Below the pieces are notes generated by a model. It was given only the letters and a program-made list of their open reading frames with translations, made no database searches and was not told the origin of the DNA. A program made the translations under genes and the position numbers. DNA of 64,000 nucleotides from Heptranchias perlo (taxonomy: Eukaryota), in contig NW_027139442.1 of the NCBI RefSeq assembly GCF_035084215.1, positions 5,952,001 through 6,016,000 of the forward strand, in the 5' to 3' direction. Shown here piece after piece: positions 39,000 to 52,074 of the stretch (positions are counted from its first letter, which is position 1; every line of letters begins with the position of its first letter).

Positions 39000-41900
39000 C
39001 AGTCTCTTGTACTGTGCATGAGAGCGGGATTTCATCTGTATCTGTCAATCTCTGATACTGTGTGTGTGGGATTCATTCTGCATCTGTCATTCTCTGGTAC
39101 TGAGTATGAGCATGGTATTTATTCTGTATCTCTCAGTCTCTGGCTCTACATATGAGTTTAGGATCGTTCTGTATCTGCCAGTCTCTTTCACTGTATATGA
39201 GAGAGGGATTAATTCAGTATCTGCCAGTCTCAGGTACTGTGCATAAGTGTGGAATTAACTCTGTTACTGTCAGTCTCTTGTGCTATCTGTGAGTGTGGGA
39301 TTCATTCTGCATCTGCCATTCTCAGCTACTTTATCTCAGTGTGGCATTCATTCTGTAATTCAGTCCCTGAGACAAAGTGCAAATCTGGATTCACTCTGTA
39401 TTCTTATTTCAGTTCCCAGTATTTTACTTGAAACTGTATCTTTAATACTTTAAAGTATATGCAGTTTTTCGTCAAGTATTTAATTTGTAAATATGGATAT
39501 ATTTTTCGATTTTCTTTAATCAAACATAGTGTGTGGGTTTTGGAGTAGTGTTTCATCTTAATCTCTAAACTCATATGTGAATGATAATGTACCTTTCAAT
39601 CTGTTCATGGTGAAATTATTGGACTGGTATGTAATGTGTAGCTCAGATCTGCAATAATGTCTGTGAGTACTGTCTGTGAGTGTGGGATTCATTGTGTTCC
39701 TGTCAGTTTCTGGTACTGTGTGTGAGTGAGCTTAATTTTGTATCTGTCAGTCTCTGGTGCTGTATGTGGGTGTGGGATTCATTCTGTATCTGTCAGTCTC
39801 TCGATCTGGATGTGAGTGTGGGATTCATTCTGTATCTGTCAGTCTCTGGTACTGTGTGTGAATGTGGGATTCATTCTGTATCTGTCAGTCTCTGGTGCTG
39901 TGTGTGAGCGTGGGTTTCATTCTGTATCGATCAGTCTCTGGTATTGCATGTGAGTGTGAGATTCATTCTGTGTATGTCAGTCCCTGGTACTGAATGTGAG
40001 TGTGGGATTCATTCTGTATCTGTCAGTCCCTGGTACTGAATGTGAGTGTGGGAATCATTCTGTATCTGTCAGTTCCTGGTACTGTGTGTGAGTGTGGGAT
40101 TCATTCTGTATCTGTCAGTCTCTGGTACAGTATGTGAGTGTGGGATTCATTCAATATCTGTTAGACCCTGGTATTGTGTGTGAATGAGGGTTTCATTCTG
40201 TTCCCCTCAGTGTCAGGCGATATATGTGAGGGAGTCATTCATTCTGCATCTATCAATTTCTAGTACTGTTTGTGAGTGATATGAATGTTGTCTCCTTCAG
40301 TCCGTGCTACAGTGTGCGAGTGTGGGTTTCATTCTGCTTTTCAGTCTCTGGTACTGTGGAAGTGTGCGATTCATTCTATGTCTGTCAGTCCCTTGTACTG
40401 TGTGTGAGTGTCGGATTCATTCGGTATCTGTCAGTCACTGTTACGTTGTGTGAGTGTAGGATTCATTCTGTATCTGTCAATCACTGGTATATTGTGCGAG
40501 TGTGGGTTTCATTCTATTTGTCAGCCTCTGGTACTGTGGGAGTGTGTGATTCATTCCATGTCTGTCAGTCCCTTGTACTGTGTGTGAGTGCAGGATTCAT
40601 TCGGTATCTGTCAGTCAATGTTACATTGTTTGAGTGTTGGTTTCAATCTGCATCTCAGTATCTGGCCCTCTATCTGAGTGTGAGATTCATTCTTTATCTG
40701 TATGTAATTTGCATCTCCGTTTACACTATGGTGGTCAAAACTATCTTTAATACCTCAATGTATCAATATTTTTTCCCAGTGTTTAATTGGTAGATAATGA
40801 TACATTTTAAAATGTAATGTAGGTTATAATCAGAGAATGTGGGCACTTTTTGGACTTCAATTAAATGTGTATCGATGGGAAAACAATTGTGAATTAGTTT
40901 ATCTACCAAAATGATATGGTGACATTTTTGAACTTTTATATCATGTGGAGCTCAGTCTGCATGAATGGAACACAGTGTATTTCAGTCTGAATCCGTATCA
41001 GTTTTTTGTAGTGGTTTATAATGTGTAGATCAGTCTGCACTAATGCAATTGATAATGTATCTTTCAATCTGACACTGTGAGATTTTTGGACTGATAAGTA
41101 TTGTGTAACTCAGACTGCATTAATGTGTGTGACTGTGAGATTCATTCTGTATCTGTCAGTCCCAAGTACTGTCTGTGAATGTGTGATTCATTCTGTATCT
41201 GTCAGGCTCTGGTACTTTGGAAGTATGTGATTCATTCTATATCTGTCAATCCCTTGTACTGTGTGTGAATATAGGATTCATTCTGTATCTGTCAGTCACT
41301 GTTACATTGTGTGAGCGCTGCTTTCCTTCAGTTTGTCAGTCTCTGGCCCTCTATCTGAGTGTGAGATTCATTCTTTATCTCTATGTAATTTGTATCTCCA
41401 TTTACAGTATGGTGTTCAAATCTGTATCTTTAATACCTCAATGTATGCATATTTTCCCCAGTGTTTAATTGGCTGATAATGAAATTCTGTAGAATATAGT
41501 CAGAGAATGTGTGCACTTTTGAGAATACTATTAAATCTGTATCGATGTGAACACAATTGTGCATTAGTTTATCTTCCAAACTGATAAAGTGACATTTTTG
41601 AACTTGTATATGACGTTTAGCTTAGTCTGCATGAATGGAATACTGTATATTTCAGAGTGAATTTGCATCAGTTTTTTGTCGTGGTTTATAATGTGTAGAT
41701 CAGTCTGCACTAATGGAATTGATACTGTATCTTTCAATCTGATACTTCTTGGACTGGTAAGTAATGTGTTACTCAGCCTGCACTAATGTGTGATTCATTT
41801 TGTATCTACCAGTCTCTGGAACAGTGTGTGAGTGTGAGATTCATTCTGTATCTAGTCAGTAGTGTGTGTGAGTTTGTGATTTATTCCATATATGCAGTCT

Positions 41901-42780
41901 CTGATACTGTGAGTGTGGGATTTATTCTATGTCTTTCAGTCTCCAGTCTTGTATGTGGGTGTTGAATTCATTCTATATATGCAGCCTCTCAGACTGCATG
42001 TTGGTGTGGGATGCATTCTCTATCTGTCAGTCTCTGGTACTTTGTGTGAGTGTGTGATTCATTCTCTATCTGTCAGACTCTGGTACTGTGTGAATGTGGG
42101 TGTCATTAATTATCTGTCAGTCTCTAGTACTTTATGAGAGTGAGTAATTAACCAGATATCTAGCAGTCCTTGGTACTGTATGCCAGTGTGGGATTCAATC
42201 TGTATCTGTCATCTCTGGTACCATATGTGAGTGTAGGATTCGCTCTGTGTCTGTCAGTCTCTAGTATTGTATGTGAGTTTGGGATTCCTTCTGCATCTGT
42301 CAGTCTCTGGTACTGTATCTGAGTGTGAGATTCATTCTGTATTTGCATGTAATTATTCTCTCAGATTGCCTTATTGCGTTCAAAATTGTAGCTTTAATAT
42401 CTTCATGTTTAGGTCATATTTCTCATTATTTAACTGGTAAATATGGGTACACTTTAGGATTTGACGCTGTAGGTTTTAATCAGATAATTTGTGTGCTTTT
42501 TGAACTACTTTTAAATCGGTATCTCTGAAAGTACAATTGTGAATGATAATGTACATTTCAAATTGATATGGTGACACTTTTCAAATGGTATATAATGTGT
42601 ATCTCAGTCTGCACTAATAGAATTGATAATGTATCTATAAATCTCATACTATGAGTGTATTATAAACTGATATCTAATTTGTTTCTCAGGTTACACTGTC
42701 ACAGCATTTCTCAATCTGATACTGTACATGAGTTTTGGACATATATGGAATTTGTATCACATGATACATGCAATATCCAT
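39000..42780 (-). repeat. Alternating 46-bp and ~82-bp satellite blocks, inverted orientation
   Basis: Reverse complement of the satellite mosaic seen at 0.5-2.6 kb, 17-21 kb and 53-58 kb. Confidence 0.9.
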
Positions 42781-42799
42781 TCGAATAGTGCATTAAACT

Positions 42800-45120
42800 A
42801 ACATGTGTGTGTGAGTTCTGGGCTAGTATTCAATTGGAAACTCAGGGTACATTATTGGGTTTCATTCTGTCCCTTCCAATCGGGTGCCATGTGTGATTTC
42901 GATCTGTTATTTAATTCGTACCTAATGTTGCCCTATTGTGAGATTGACACAGTGCCTTTCAATCTGATAGTGTGATCTTGGACTGGGATTTTGCATCTGC
43001 CTGTCAGCGGGACTCAGCTCGGAGCAAATGGAACAGCGTCTGCCTCACCTGCTCTGTTTGAATGTTGGATTGAAAATGTGTCTGTGATACTTGGGATCAG
43101 TGTGGGACTGAGTGCTTCTACTGTCTGAGACTGTGGAACTGATGACCTGTCTGTGTCTCCGTGCGCTGTGTGTGATAATATACTTACTGTGTGGGAGAAG
43201 GAGTTGGCTGCACTGTTCCTTGTGCCTCGAGTGGAGGAAACATAACACTGATTCTGGGTCCTTCAACGATTTCTTTGTAGGAAGAAATTTATCTCTTGTA
43301 ACTCAAGAACCAATGAGGCAGAAAATACAAAAGTGTTCGAATTAATTTCTATGTTAATGATTATTTTGAATATCCACAAATGAAAATCAGCGATACAAAC
43401 AGTGTCAGTGTCTGACTCCACTGCAGTACTGCAGAACTCAGCTTCTGCACACCACGTGTGTTGGGCTGTTTTACAACAATTTCGTGACATCCAGACACAA
43501 CCCAACCCCTGCACTGATCCATGAGTGGCACTACCCGATGGGGCAGGGACCTTTGTACAGGTCAGGTCTCTAATCCCCTCTCCCATGGGACTAACCGTTC
43601 AAATGAAACCAAACAGCCGTTGTTTAAAATGTGTCCTTCACACTTCTCACCTGGTGCCTGCAATAGATGCTCTTTGTATAACTCCCCACATCCTTCCTGT
43701 CCGGCTCTGTTTCCACCCGTCACTGTCCAATAACAACAAACAGGGTGAGACTGGAACGAAACCAGGAACATTCACTATTGGTTTGGGGAGAGAAAGCAGC
43801 AATGATTTTAAATAGCAGGTTCTTCCCATTCTGTCTCCCTTACCCTGGACACACCCTGCACACCTCGAGCCCGAGAATGACCTCTCCCTTCCCCCTCTCA
43901 CTCCATGTTCCGGGACCAGTTCCTGATCCACTCCGCCTCTTACAAACAGCCCCCGTACTCCCCCTGACCTTCACTCGGACTCAATGCCGATCTCTGAGCC
44001 CATCTGCGGACACGGTCCCGAAGCGATGAGCTGCTGTAACGAGGCTGCTCTCTGCTCCCTTCCCCCGGGGGCCGTGATCTCTCCATTCCCGGCTGTTTTA
44101 AACCATCTTATTCCGCTCACTGAGGGAATGGCGCTCACAGGCCGAACTGGGGGAGGGACCGCGCATGCGCTCTTCTGCTCACCAGCAAGCAGCCCTGGGG
44201 GCGGAGCTGAGTCGCGCATGCGCAGATATCTGGTTTAATTCCCAATACAAAAATCGATGGAAACTTTCCCCAATTGGAATTTTTCAGAGTCTGAGCAAAG
44301 GAAGTGGGGCTGGGGGAAAGGTCAGAGGGAATGGGGTCCACAGGCGGTGCAGGAACAGGCACCAGAATGGGAAACAGATGGGATTCCACCAGTGCCTAAC
44401 GCTGGAATCGTGACTGACTTTACAATCTCTAACTATGAAACGAGATGTTTCCATCCCTGCTGTTTCTCTCGGTATCTTTTGATTGTAAAGAGCCTTTCAG
44501 ATACAAAGTGGGCGGCTGTGAAATGGGCCTATGGCTTCGATTCATTCTTGGACTCTTTGCTGATAAAACTGACGCGTGAGGAAGAAATTGGGGGGAGGAT
44601 TTCTCAAACCAATCCTGGAGAAAGAAGGAAGAAAGGGTGAGTCAGTGTGTTTGTCGGGACCGTGTAGGATTAATATCTGACAGCACCGGTCCCAGATTAA
44701 TTTAATCAGATTGAAATTCTCGATTACTGGGAGTAATACCAAACGTCCCTGTGCTGCAAAACAGAAAATAGTACAACAGGCAAGAGAGGGTTAAATGTGG
44801 CCCATTGTTTTTATCACTCTCTGCACTGAGTGTGGGATTAATAGTGTGTCTGCCTCTGGTACAATATCAGTGAGAGATGAGATTGCATCTTTTGTCACTC
44901 CAATGGGATCTTTCTGGATAAAACGAAACTTTACAGGTCATACTGCAACTGATACTGTGGCACTTTGTCTCTCTGCTCTCTCGCACCGTATCTGTCGCCC
45001 TCTCCCTCTCTCTCTCTCTGGTGCTATATATGAAAGTGGGGTAGTGTTATTGAGCGTGATATGAACACACTGATGGGAAGTGTAAGACTGACAGTGTGTG
45101 TCTTTCTCTCTCTAGTGCTG
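42800..45120 (-). other. Inverted copy of the repeated non-coding module
   Basis: Reverse complement of 14650-17020; exon-like 43651-43722 and ~43049-43272. Confidence 0.7.
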
Positions 45121-46159
45121 GACATGAAGGTGCGATATTGTCCGATGTAAAGCAGAGAGAATGAGATGTCCAGGCCGGGCCTCACTGCAACTGGGGATTT
45201 GTTCGGTTCCAGTCCCAGTTCATGGTCATAATCTTTTCCCAGATTCAGGGAGAGAGTCTCTTTGAGAGGGTAAAACTACGCGTCATAATTCAAAGCACAA
45301 CACATGAGATTCTCCAAATCAGCTGGAATAAAGTGTTTGTAAACTGCTGAACCCGTCTGGGAGGGATGTGTGCGGAGATGGAATCGGGTCTACCACTGAA
45401 ATGGAAGGAGGCGGGTTGACTTGTTATAGAAGGGACTCTATTTCGGCAGGAATATTACTGACTGTTAATTGTAACGGGGCTTACTTAAAAGCTCCGGGTA
45501 TCTGGAAATCCTTGAAAATGAAGCCCGAGTCTGTAAGGTTTTGTGCGGAGCGCTGTGTTTCGGTTCTGTTATCGATAAACGGTTTGAAATTGGCGGATGG
45601 AGAAAGCTGGAGGTGGAGCTGGAAGATCAGAGGCCGCTCTCCGCTCTGGCCCTCATTCTGACTCCTCCCCTCCCGCTTTATCAGTTTAATCCCCCAGATG
45701 GAACCAAAGCGGGTAGGTGGACTCTAAACACGGTTTACTTGTTAACAGGACGAAAGGCGATTAATGTTTCTGATCTACTGGGCACATGTACATAGTTACA
45801 TTTCAGTGATTCCCCAGTGTGTTCGATGCGTTATGTTAATAATCCAACAAAATAGAACAGAAACGGAGCGAAGCGCTGAATCCCACAGATGCAGCAAGGT
45901 TAGTCGATCAGTTCTGGTGATGCTTTACGAACCCAGCATGGCAAGTAGTTTAAATAAATACAAGAAATCTGGTGATGTGTGGACTTGGGTCTATCGGTCA
46001 CCGTTTAAAGTACCGGACTGTGGTCGGTGCCCCGACTCCAGTACCATTAATACCTCATCACGTCTGCAACGAGACAAAAGCAGCTCAAAGCAACACTGGT
46101 GTCATGATATCAGCGTCTCCCTTCAGTCAGTAACCAGCCCTTTCACAGATACAGTGGGT

Positions 46160-46175
46160 GGCTCTGAAAAGAGCC
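46160..46175 (-). terminator. Displaced stem-loop of the H2A pseudogene
   Basis: Minus strand GGCTCTTTTCAGAGCC-ACCCACTGTATCTGTGAAAAGGGCTGG, matching H2A 3' flanks. Confidence 0.92.
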
Positions 46176-46178
46176 TTT

Positions 46179-47356
46179 ACATCGAGTTACATCGAAACAA
46201 AGGCACTGAAACAGGCCATTGGGCCCAACTGGTCTGTGACGGCGTTTATGCTCCACTCGAGCCTCCTCCCCCCCTAATTTATCTAACTCTGTCAGAATAA
46301 CCGTCGACTCCTTCCTTCCTCATGTGTTAATCCAGCTTCCCCTTGAATGGATCAGTGCTATTTATCTCAACTACTGCTTGTGGTCGCGTTTTCCACATTC
46401 CATCCACTCCTTGGGTAAATCAGTTTCTCCTGAATTCCCTAGTGGATTTATTAGCGACTATTTTATTTTTATTACCTTTAGTTTTGGACTTCCCACAAGT
46501 CGAAACATTTTCTCCATATCTAACACATGAAACCCTATCGCAAGACCTCTATCAGGTCACCCCTCAGCCTTCACTTTTCCAGAGAAAACACACCCAGCAT
46601 TTCCTGATAAGAATATTCTCTCATTTCTCGTATTATGAGAATCGTTTTTGCACCTTCTCCAATCCCTCTCCGTCCTTTCTATAATATGGAGACCAGAATT
46701 GTGGACAATACTTCAAGTTTGGTCTGAACAAGTTTCCATACAAGTTTAACATAACTTCTTTGCTTTTCCATTCTATCTCAGAAGAAGTGAATCCTCGTGT
46801 TTGAGTTTCCTTTTTATGAGCTTATTGACCTGCGTCGCTATTTTGTGTAATTTGTATATCTGGACCACCAGATCCCTTTGCTCCTCTATCCCGTTTAGAC
46901 TCTTATTATCCAAGCAGTGTGTGACCTCCTTATTCTTCATTCTCCAAGTTTATTAATGTCCTCTTCCATTTTGATGCATTCTTCCTTTGTATTAACTACA
47001 TCCCCCAATTTGGTGTCGTCCACAAATTTTGGAATTGTACTTCCGATTCCCGAATCCAAATTGTGAATGTAAATTGTGAAGAACAGTGGTCCCAGCAACT
47101 GGAACAACACTTCCCACCTTTTGGCAGTCTGAGTAGCGACCGCTAACCTCTATTTTTTGTTTTCTGTTTTGTAGCGAACTTGCTATCCATTCTGCCACCT
47201 GTCCACTGACTCCACGTGCTCTGAACTTACCCATGAGTCTAAAATGCGGTAACTTATCGAAGGCCTTCGGAAAATCCAAATATATTGCATCGACTGCATT
47301 AAACTTGTATACACTTTCTGTTCCTTCTTCAAAGAATTCAATAAGGTTGGTCCTGT
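46179..47356 (-). mobile_element. 5'-truncated, degenerate CR1-like LINE inserted in the H2A pseudogene 3' UTR
   Basis: RT motif remnant TNLIEFFEE...[17 protein letters not shown]; repeat-like tail at 46179-46197; flanking direct repeat CCTTT (46174-46178 and 47357-47361). Confidence 0.9.
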
Positions 47357-47388
47357 CCTTTGGGTTATCAGATTTAGTCTTGGTCGCT

Positions 47389-47759
47389 TTACTTGCTCTT
47401 GGAGCTGACAATGCTAGCTTTCTTCGGCAGCAGCACGGCCTGGATATCTGGCAACACCCTGAGCGATGGTCACCCCTCCCAAAAGCTTGTTGAGCCCCTC
47501 GTTGTTGCGGATGTCTGGGGATGATGCGGGTCTTCTTATTGTCGCGGGTCGCGTTGCCGGCCAGCTCGAGGATTCCAGCCGTCAGATACTCGAGCACAAC
47601 AGCCAGATAGACCGAGGCTCCGGCACCCACACGTTCAGCATAGTTCCCCTTTCGCAGGAGCTTGTGAACACGGCCCACATGGAATTAGAGTCCGGCCCTG
47701 GATGAGCGAGACTTGGCCTTGGTCCGAGCTTTACCGCCGGTTTTTCCTCTTCCAGACAT
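47389..47759 (-). pseudogene. H2A: Histone H2A pseudogene
   Basis: ATG at 47759; premature TAA at codon 25 (47685-47687); 14-nt deletion in the HLQLAI region plus a further small deletion; 3' end interrupted by a LINE. Confidence 0.95.
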
Positions 47760-47884
47760 TTCCACAATCTCACAAATACTTTCATGAAGAATATAGACAT
47801 CTCCAGCACTCGCCCTTCTTATACCTTCTAGGGGAGTACAGTGGGTGCATTTGTGATGGGTCTCTCTCAGAGTGTTTAAACTGA

Positions 47885-48057
47885 CCGCTCACCCTCACTG
47901 ATATTCAATCTTTCAACTGCTGTAATATTGTCCTTGAGAAATATTTCTGCTCCCCCTCCTTTCCCTACTTCTCTGTCCTTTCTAAAGATCTTATAGAGTT
48001 GAATATTAAGCAGCCAGTCGTGCCCAGCTGGTAGTCAGGACTCCGTAATTTAATGTA
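47885..48057 (-). mobile_element. CR1-like endonuclease fragment truncating the H2A pseudogene promoter
   Basis: Minus-strand translation resembles ITES*L...DWLLNIQLYKIFRKDREVGKGGG (APE domain of CR1 ORF2). Confidence 0.7.
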
Positions 48058-48931
48058 TGATGTGGAGATGCCGGTGATGGACTGGGGTTGACAATTGTAA
48101 ACAATTTTACAACACCAAGTTACAGTCCAACAATTTTATTTTAAAATCCACAAGCTTTCGGAGGCTTCCTCCTTCTTCAGGTGAATGTGGAACTGTAATC
48201 CTCGAAACTATCGCATTTATAAATCACAGAACAATGCCTGGTGATTACAGAGAGTCTTTTCAACTGCCCGTTGCCAAGGCAACCAAAGTGTTCAGACAGA
48301 TAGGTGTTACCTACAGTCCCACCGAATATACAAATGGCCAGAACTAAAAAAACAGATGATGTGGAGATGCCAATTAAAAAAAAAACAGAGCGAAAGAGGT
48401 AGAAACATAGAAACATCTGGAAGGAAAAGACAGCAATTGACCCGTTATATTAAAAACATATAACATTTGTTCGCTGGTTGGGTAACGTATAGCGTGACAT
48501 GAACCCAAGATCCCGGTGGAGGCCGTCCTCATGGGAGCGGAATTTGGCTATCAATTTCTGCTCGACGATTTTGCGTTGTCGAGTGTCTCGAAGGCCGCCT
48601 TGGAGTACGTTTACCCGAAGGTCGGTGGCTGAATGTCCTTGACTGCTGAAGTGTTCCCCGACTGGGAGGGAACCCTCCTGTCTGGCGATTGTTGCGCGGT
48701 GTCCGTTCATCCGTTGTCGCAGCGTTTGCATGGTCTTGCCAATGTACCATGCTCTGGGGCATCCTTTCCTGCAACGTATGAGGTAGACAACTTTGGCCGA
48801 GTCACAGGAGTATGAACCATGCACCTGGTGGGGGGTGTCCTCTCGTGTGATGGTGGTATCTGTGTCGATGATCTGGCATGTCTTGCAGAGGTTACCGTGG
48901 CAGAGTTGTGTGGTGTCGTGGACGCTGCTTA
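48058..48931 (-). mobile_element. 5'-truncated Penelope-like element (GIY-YIG endonuclease ORF 48450-48824)
   Basis: VVYLIRCRKGCPRAWYIGKTMQTLRQRMNGH is a GIY-YIG motif; 12-bp TSD TAATTTAATGTA at 48046-48057 and 48932-48943. Confidence 0.93.
48146..48186 (-). ncRNA. Minimal type-I hammerhead ribozyme motif in the Penelope-like element
   Basis: Minus strand ATTCAC-CTGAAGA-A-GGAGG-AAG-CCTCC-GAAA-GCTT-GTGGAT: core CUGANGA/GAAA, stem I ATTCAC/GTGGAT, palindromic AAGCTT in place of stem III. Confidence 0.75.
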
Positions 48932-49178
48932 TAATTTAATGTAATTACTTAACCTCACTAAATGGGTGATGCGGCCGATATCAGGAGAAGGATTACTGGC
49001 TGGTGTGTAATTTCCATTGATTGGGGGATGCCGACATCTATTGGGCGGAGACGGGTAATGCGACAGAGCGAGCAAGGATCCGTCAGAAACCAGTTGAATT
49101 GAAGAAAAAAATCCAGCAGCCTGCAGTGTCTGTTCAGGGTCTGGTGTTTATCAACAATTTTATTATCGTGCATTGTCA

Positions 49179-49250
49179 GCGATGGTGGCATAGTGGTGAG
49201 CATAACTGCCTTCTAAGCAGTTGATTCGGGATCCATTCTCGGCTATCATA
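49179..49250 (+). pseudogene. Degenerate tRNA-Gly(TCC)-derived pseudogene
   Basis: GCGATGGTGGCATAGTGGTGAGCATAACTGCCTTCTAAGCAGTTGATTCGGGATCCATTCTCGGCTATCATA aligns by eye along its whole length with vertebrate tRNA-Gly-TCC; anticodon now TCT, B box and acceptor stem damaged. Confidence 0.85.
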
Positions 49251-49439
49251 ATTAAGTGTTCTTATTCGTTTATTTCCTTCAGAAACTCTTGAGTTTGCAA
49301 TCGAATTTGATACAGTTCAGTTGGATATTGTTTCCAAAACATAAACGGGTGTAATTATAGTAAAATGATTTCAGCCTTCTTTTCTTTTCCCTATTGAAGG
49401 AACAGAGGAAAAACATGCTGGAAATAGTGAGCTACAAAG

Positions 49440-50400
49440 GGTCTAATGAGAGTGAGGAAGGCAAATGATATGGTAGCCTTTATTGTAAGGGTGTTGGAAT
49501 ATAAGAGTAAGGAGGTCTCGCTGCAATTGCCGTATGAGGAAATATTGTGTAAAGTTGGCATATTTTCTGTGGAGATAGAAGAATGAGAGCTGATATCATT
49601 GAAATGATTAACATTCTTAGACGGCTTGACAGGGTAGATGCTGAGAGGCTGATTCCCCTGGCTGGAGAGTCAAGAACTGAAGCTCATAGTCTCAAGATTA
49701 TGGGTCGGCCATTTAGGACCAACATGAGGAAACATTTCTTCACTCAAAGGGTTGTGAATCTTTGGAATTCGCGACCCCAGAGGGCTGTGGATGCTCAGTG
49801 GTTGAGTATATTCAAAGCTGAGATCGATAGATTATTGGAATCTCGGGGAATCAAGGGGTATGGGGATCGGGAGGGAAAGTGGAGTTGAGGTCGAAGATCA
49901 GCCCTGATCTGATTGAATGGCAGAGAGGGCTCGTGGGGCCGTATGGCCTCCTCCTGCTCCTATTTCTTACGTTCTTATGTAGAGAGCCTTATATCCAAGT
50001 GTGCTGATGAGACTGAGTTAGGTAGCACAATTAACATTGTAGATGGGAGCAGAAAGTTGCAAAGGGACATTGATAGATTAAGTGAGTGGGCAAAACTGTG
50101 GCAGATGGAGTTCAACGTGGGGAAGTGTGAGATCATCCACTTTGGATCATAAAAATATAGATTAGAGTATTTTCTAAATGGCAGGAAACCAGGAACTGCG
50201 GATGAGCAGTGAAATTTATGGGACCAAGTACAGAATTCACGAAAAGGTGCAAAAAAAATTAAAATGGTAATGGAATTTTGATCATTATCTCAAGAGATCT
50301 GGAATAAAAAGGAATGGAAGTTATGTCACAGTTATACAGAGCTCTGGTTAGAGCTTATTTAGATTACTGTGTTCAGTTCTGGGCACCGTACCCCTGGCAG
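49440..50400 (+). mobile_element. Nested degenerate CR1-like LINE fragments
   Basis: MRADIIEMINILRRLDRVD...FFTQRVVNLWNS (49583-49888) with tail at ~49965-49980, followed by SKCADET...LQRDIDRLSEWAKLWQMEFNVGKC. Confidence 0.85.
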
Positions 50401-50401
50401 G

Positions 50402-50603
50402 ATAAGAACATAAGAAATATGAGCAGGAATAGGTCATACGGCGCCTCGAGCCTGCTCCGCCAATCAATAGATCATGGCTGATCTTGAACCTCAACTCCAC
50501 TTTACCGCCCTATCCCCATATCCCTTGATTTCTTAGTCCAAAAATCTATCAAACTCAATCTTGAATACACTCAACGACTGAACATCCACAGCCCTCTGGG
50601 GTG
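50402..50603 (-). mobile_element. CR1-like LINE 3' end, inverted relative to 49770-49980
   Basis: ATAAGAACATAAGAA tail and reverse-complement similarity to the upstream CR1 3' end. Confidence 0.75.
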
Positions 50604-50609
50604 GACAGA

Positions 50610-51343
<734 letters not shown>

Positions 51344-51419
51344 TTCTACATTGTACGGTCAGTGTCTGTTCAGTAAACCCGTTCTGAATTCCTCAGTCTG
51401 TATTTCACGACACAGTTCT

Positions 51420-51760
51420 GTTGGGGACGCGGGCACTGACCAACACCCGGCGAATAATGGCGGCCGCAGGCCCCACAATCCCCCGCGCTACAGAAACCCC
51501 TCTGTCTCTACAAGGCGCTCACTTCCTGATCAGACTGCGCATGCTCCTAAGGCTGACTTGCATTCCAGATCGCCTCGGCCCTGTCGTTTGTCGCGAGTCG
51601 GACTCGGTCGAAACGGGAGAAGAAACAGGGTAGCGGCGGATTGTACGGGGGAGGCGTTGGATGAGGGGTTTGATGGATCCCGGGGAGCCCGCCCGCCCGC
51701 CCGCCGGGCACCCCGGCTCTGATTCCGGGCCTGAGCCGCACTCAGTCGTGCTGAGACTCC
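51420..51760. promoter_or_regulatory. CpG-island-like promoter region
   Basis: High CpG density; AATGGCGGC (YY1-like), ACTTCCTG (ETS-like), TGCGCATGCT (NRF1-like) and GC boxes. Confidence 0.55.
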
Positions 51761-52074
51761 GCTCATTGTAAATGCAGGTTGTTGTTGATCTGTTCCCGTT
51801 GCCCTCAGCTTTGCCGGACAGAATCAGCCAGGTTCTGCGGCTGTGCTGCTCCCCATGGTTGAAATGCCGACAGCTCGCTGTGAAGGCTCACAAGTGCAGA
51901 ATTACCACTTGGCCGGGAACTGGAGGGCAAAGAGTGACTGGGCCCGAACCCCACCATCACTCAGCACCTTCAGGAGAGAAAACTAGAAAAAATAGAGGCT
52001 GCGATTAATAAGGATTTCAAATAGAGAGGACCTGTCAAGGAGGGAGAGTGTGTGGGACGGGAGATTAATAGCTG

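Noticed and set aside
46992-47678. H2A-RT fusion as a real macroH2A-like protein
   Set aside because: GTG start after a premature stop, frameshifted histone fold and decayed RT; an accidental frame.
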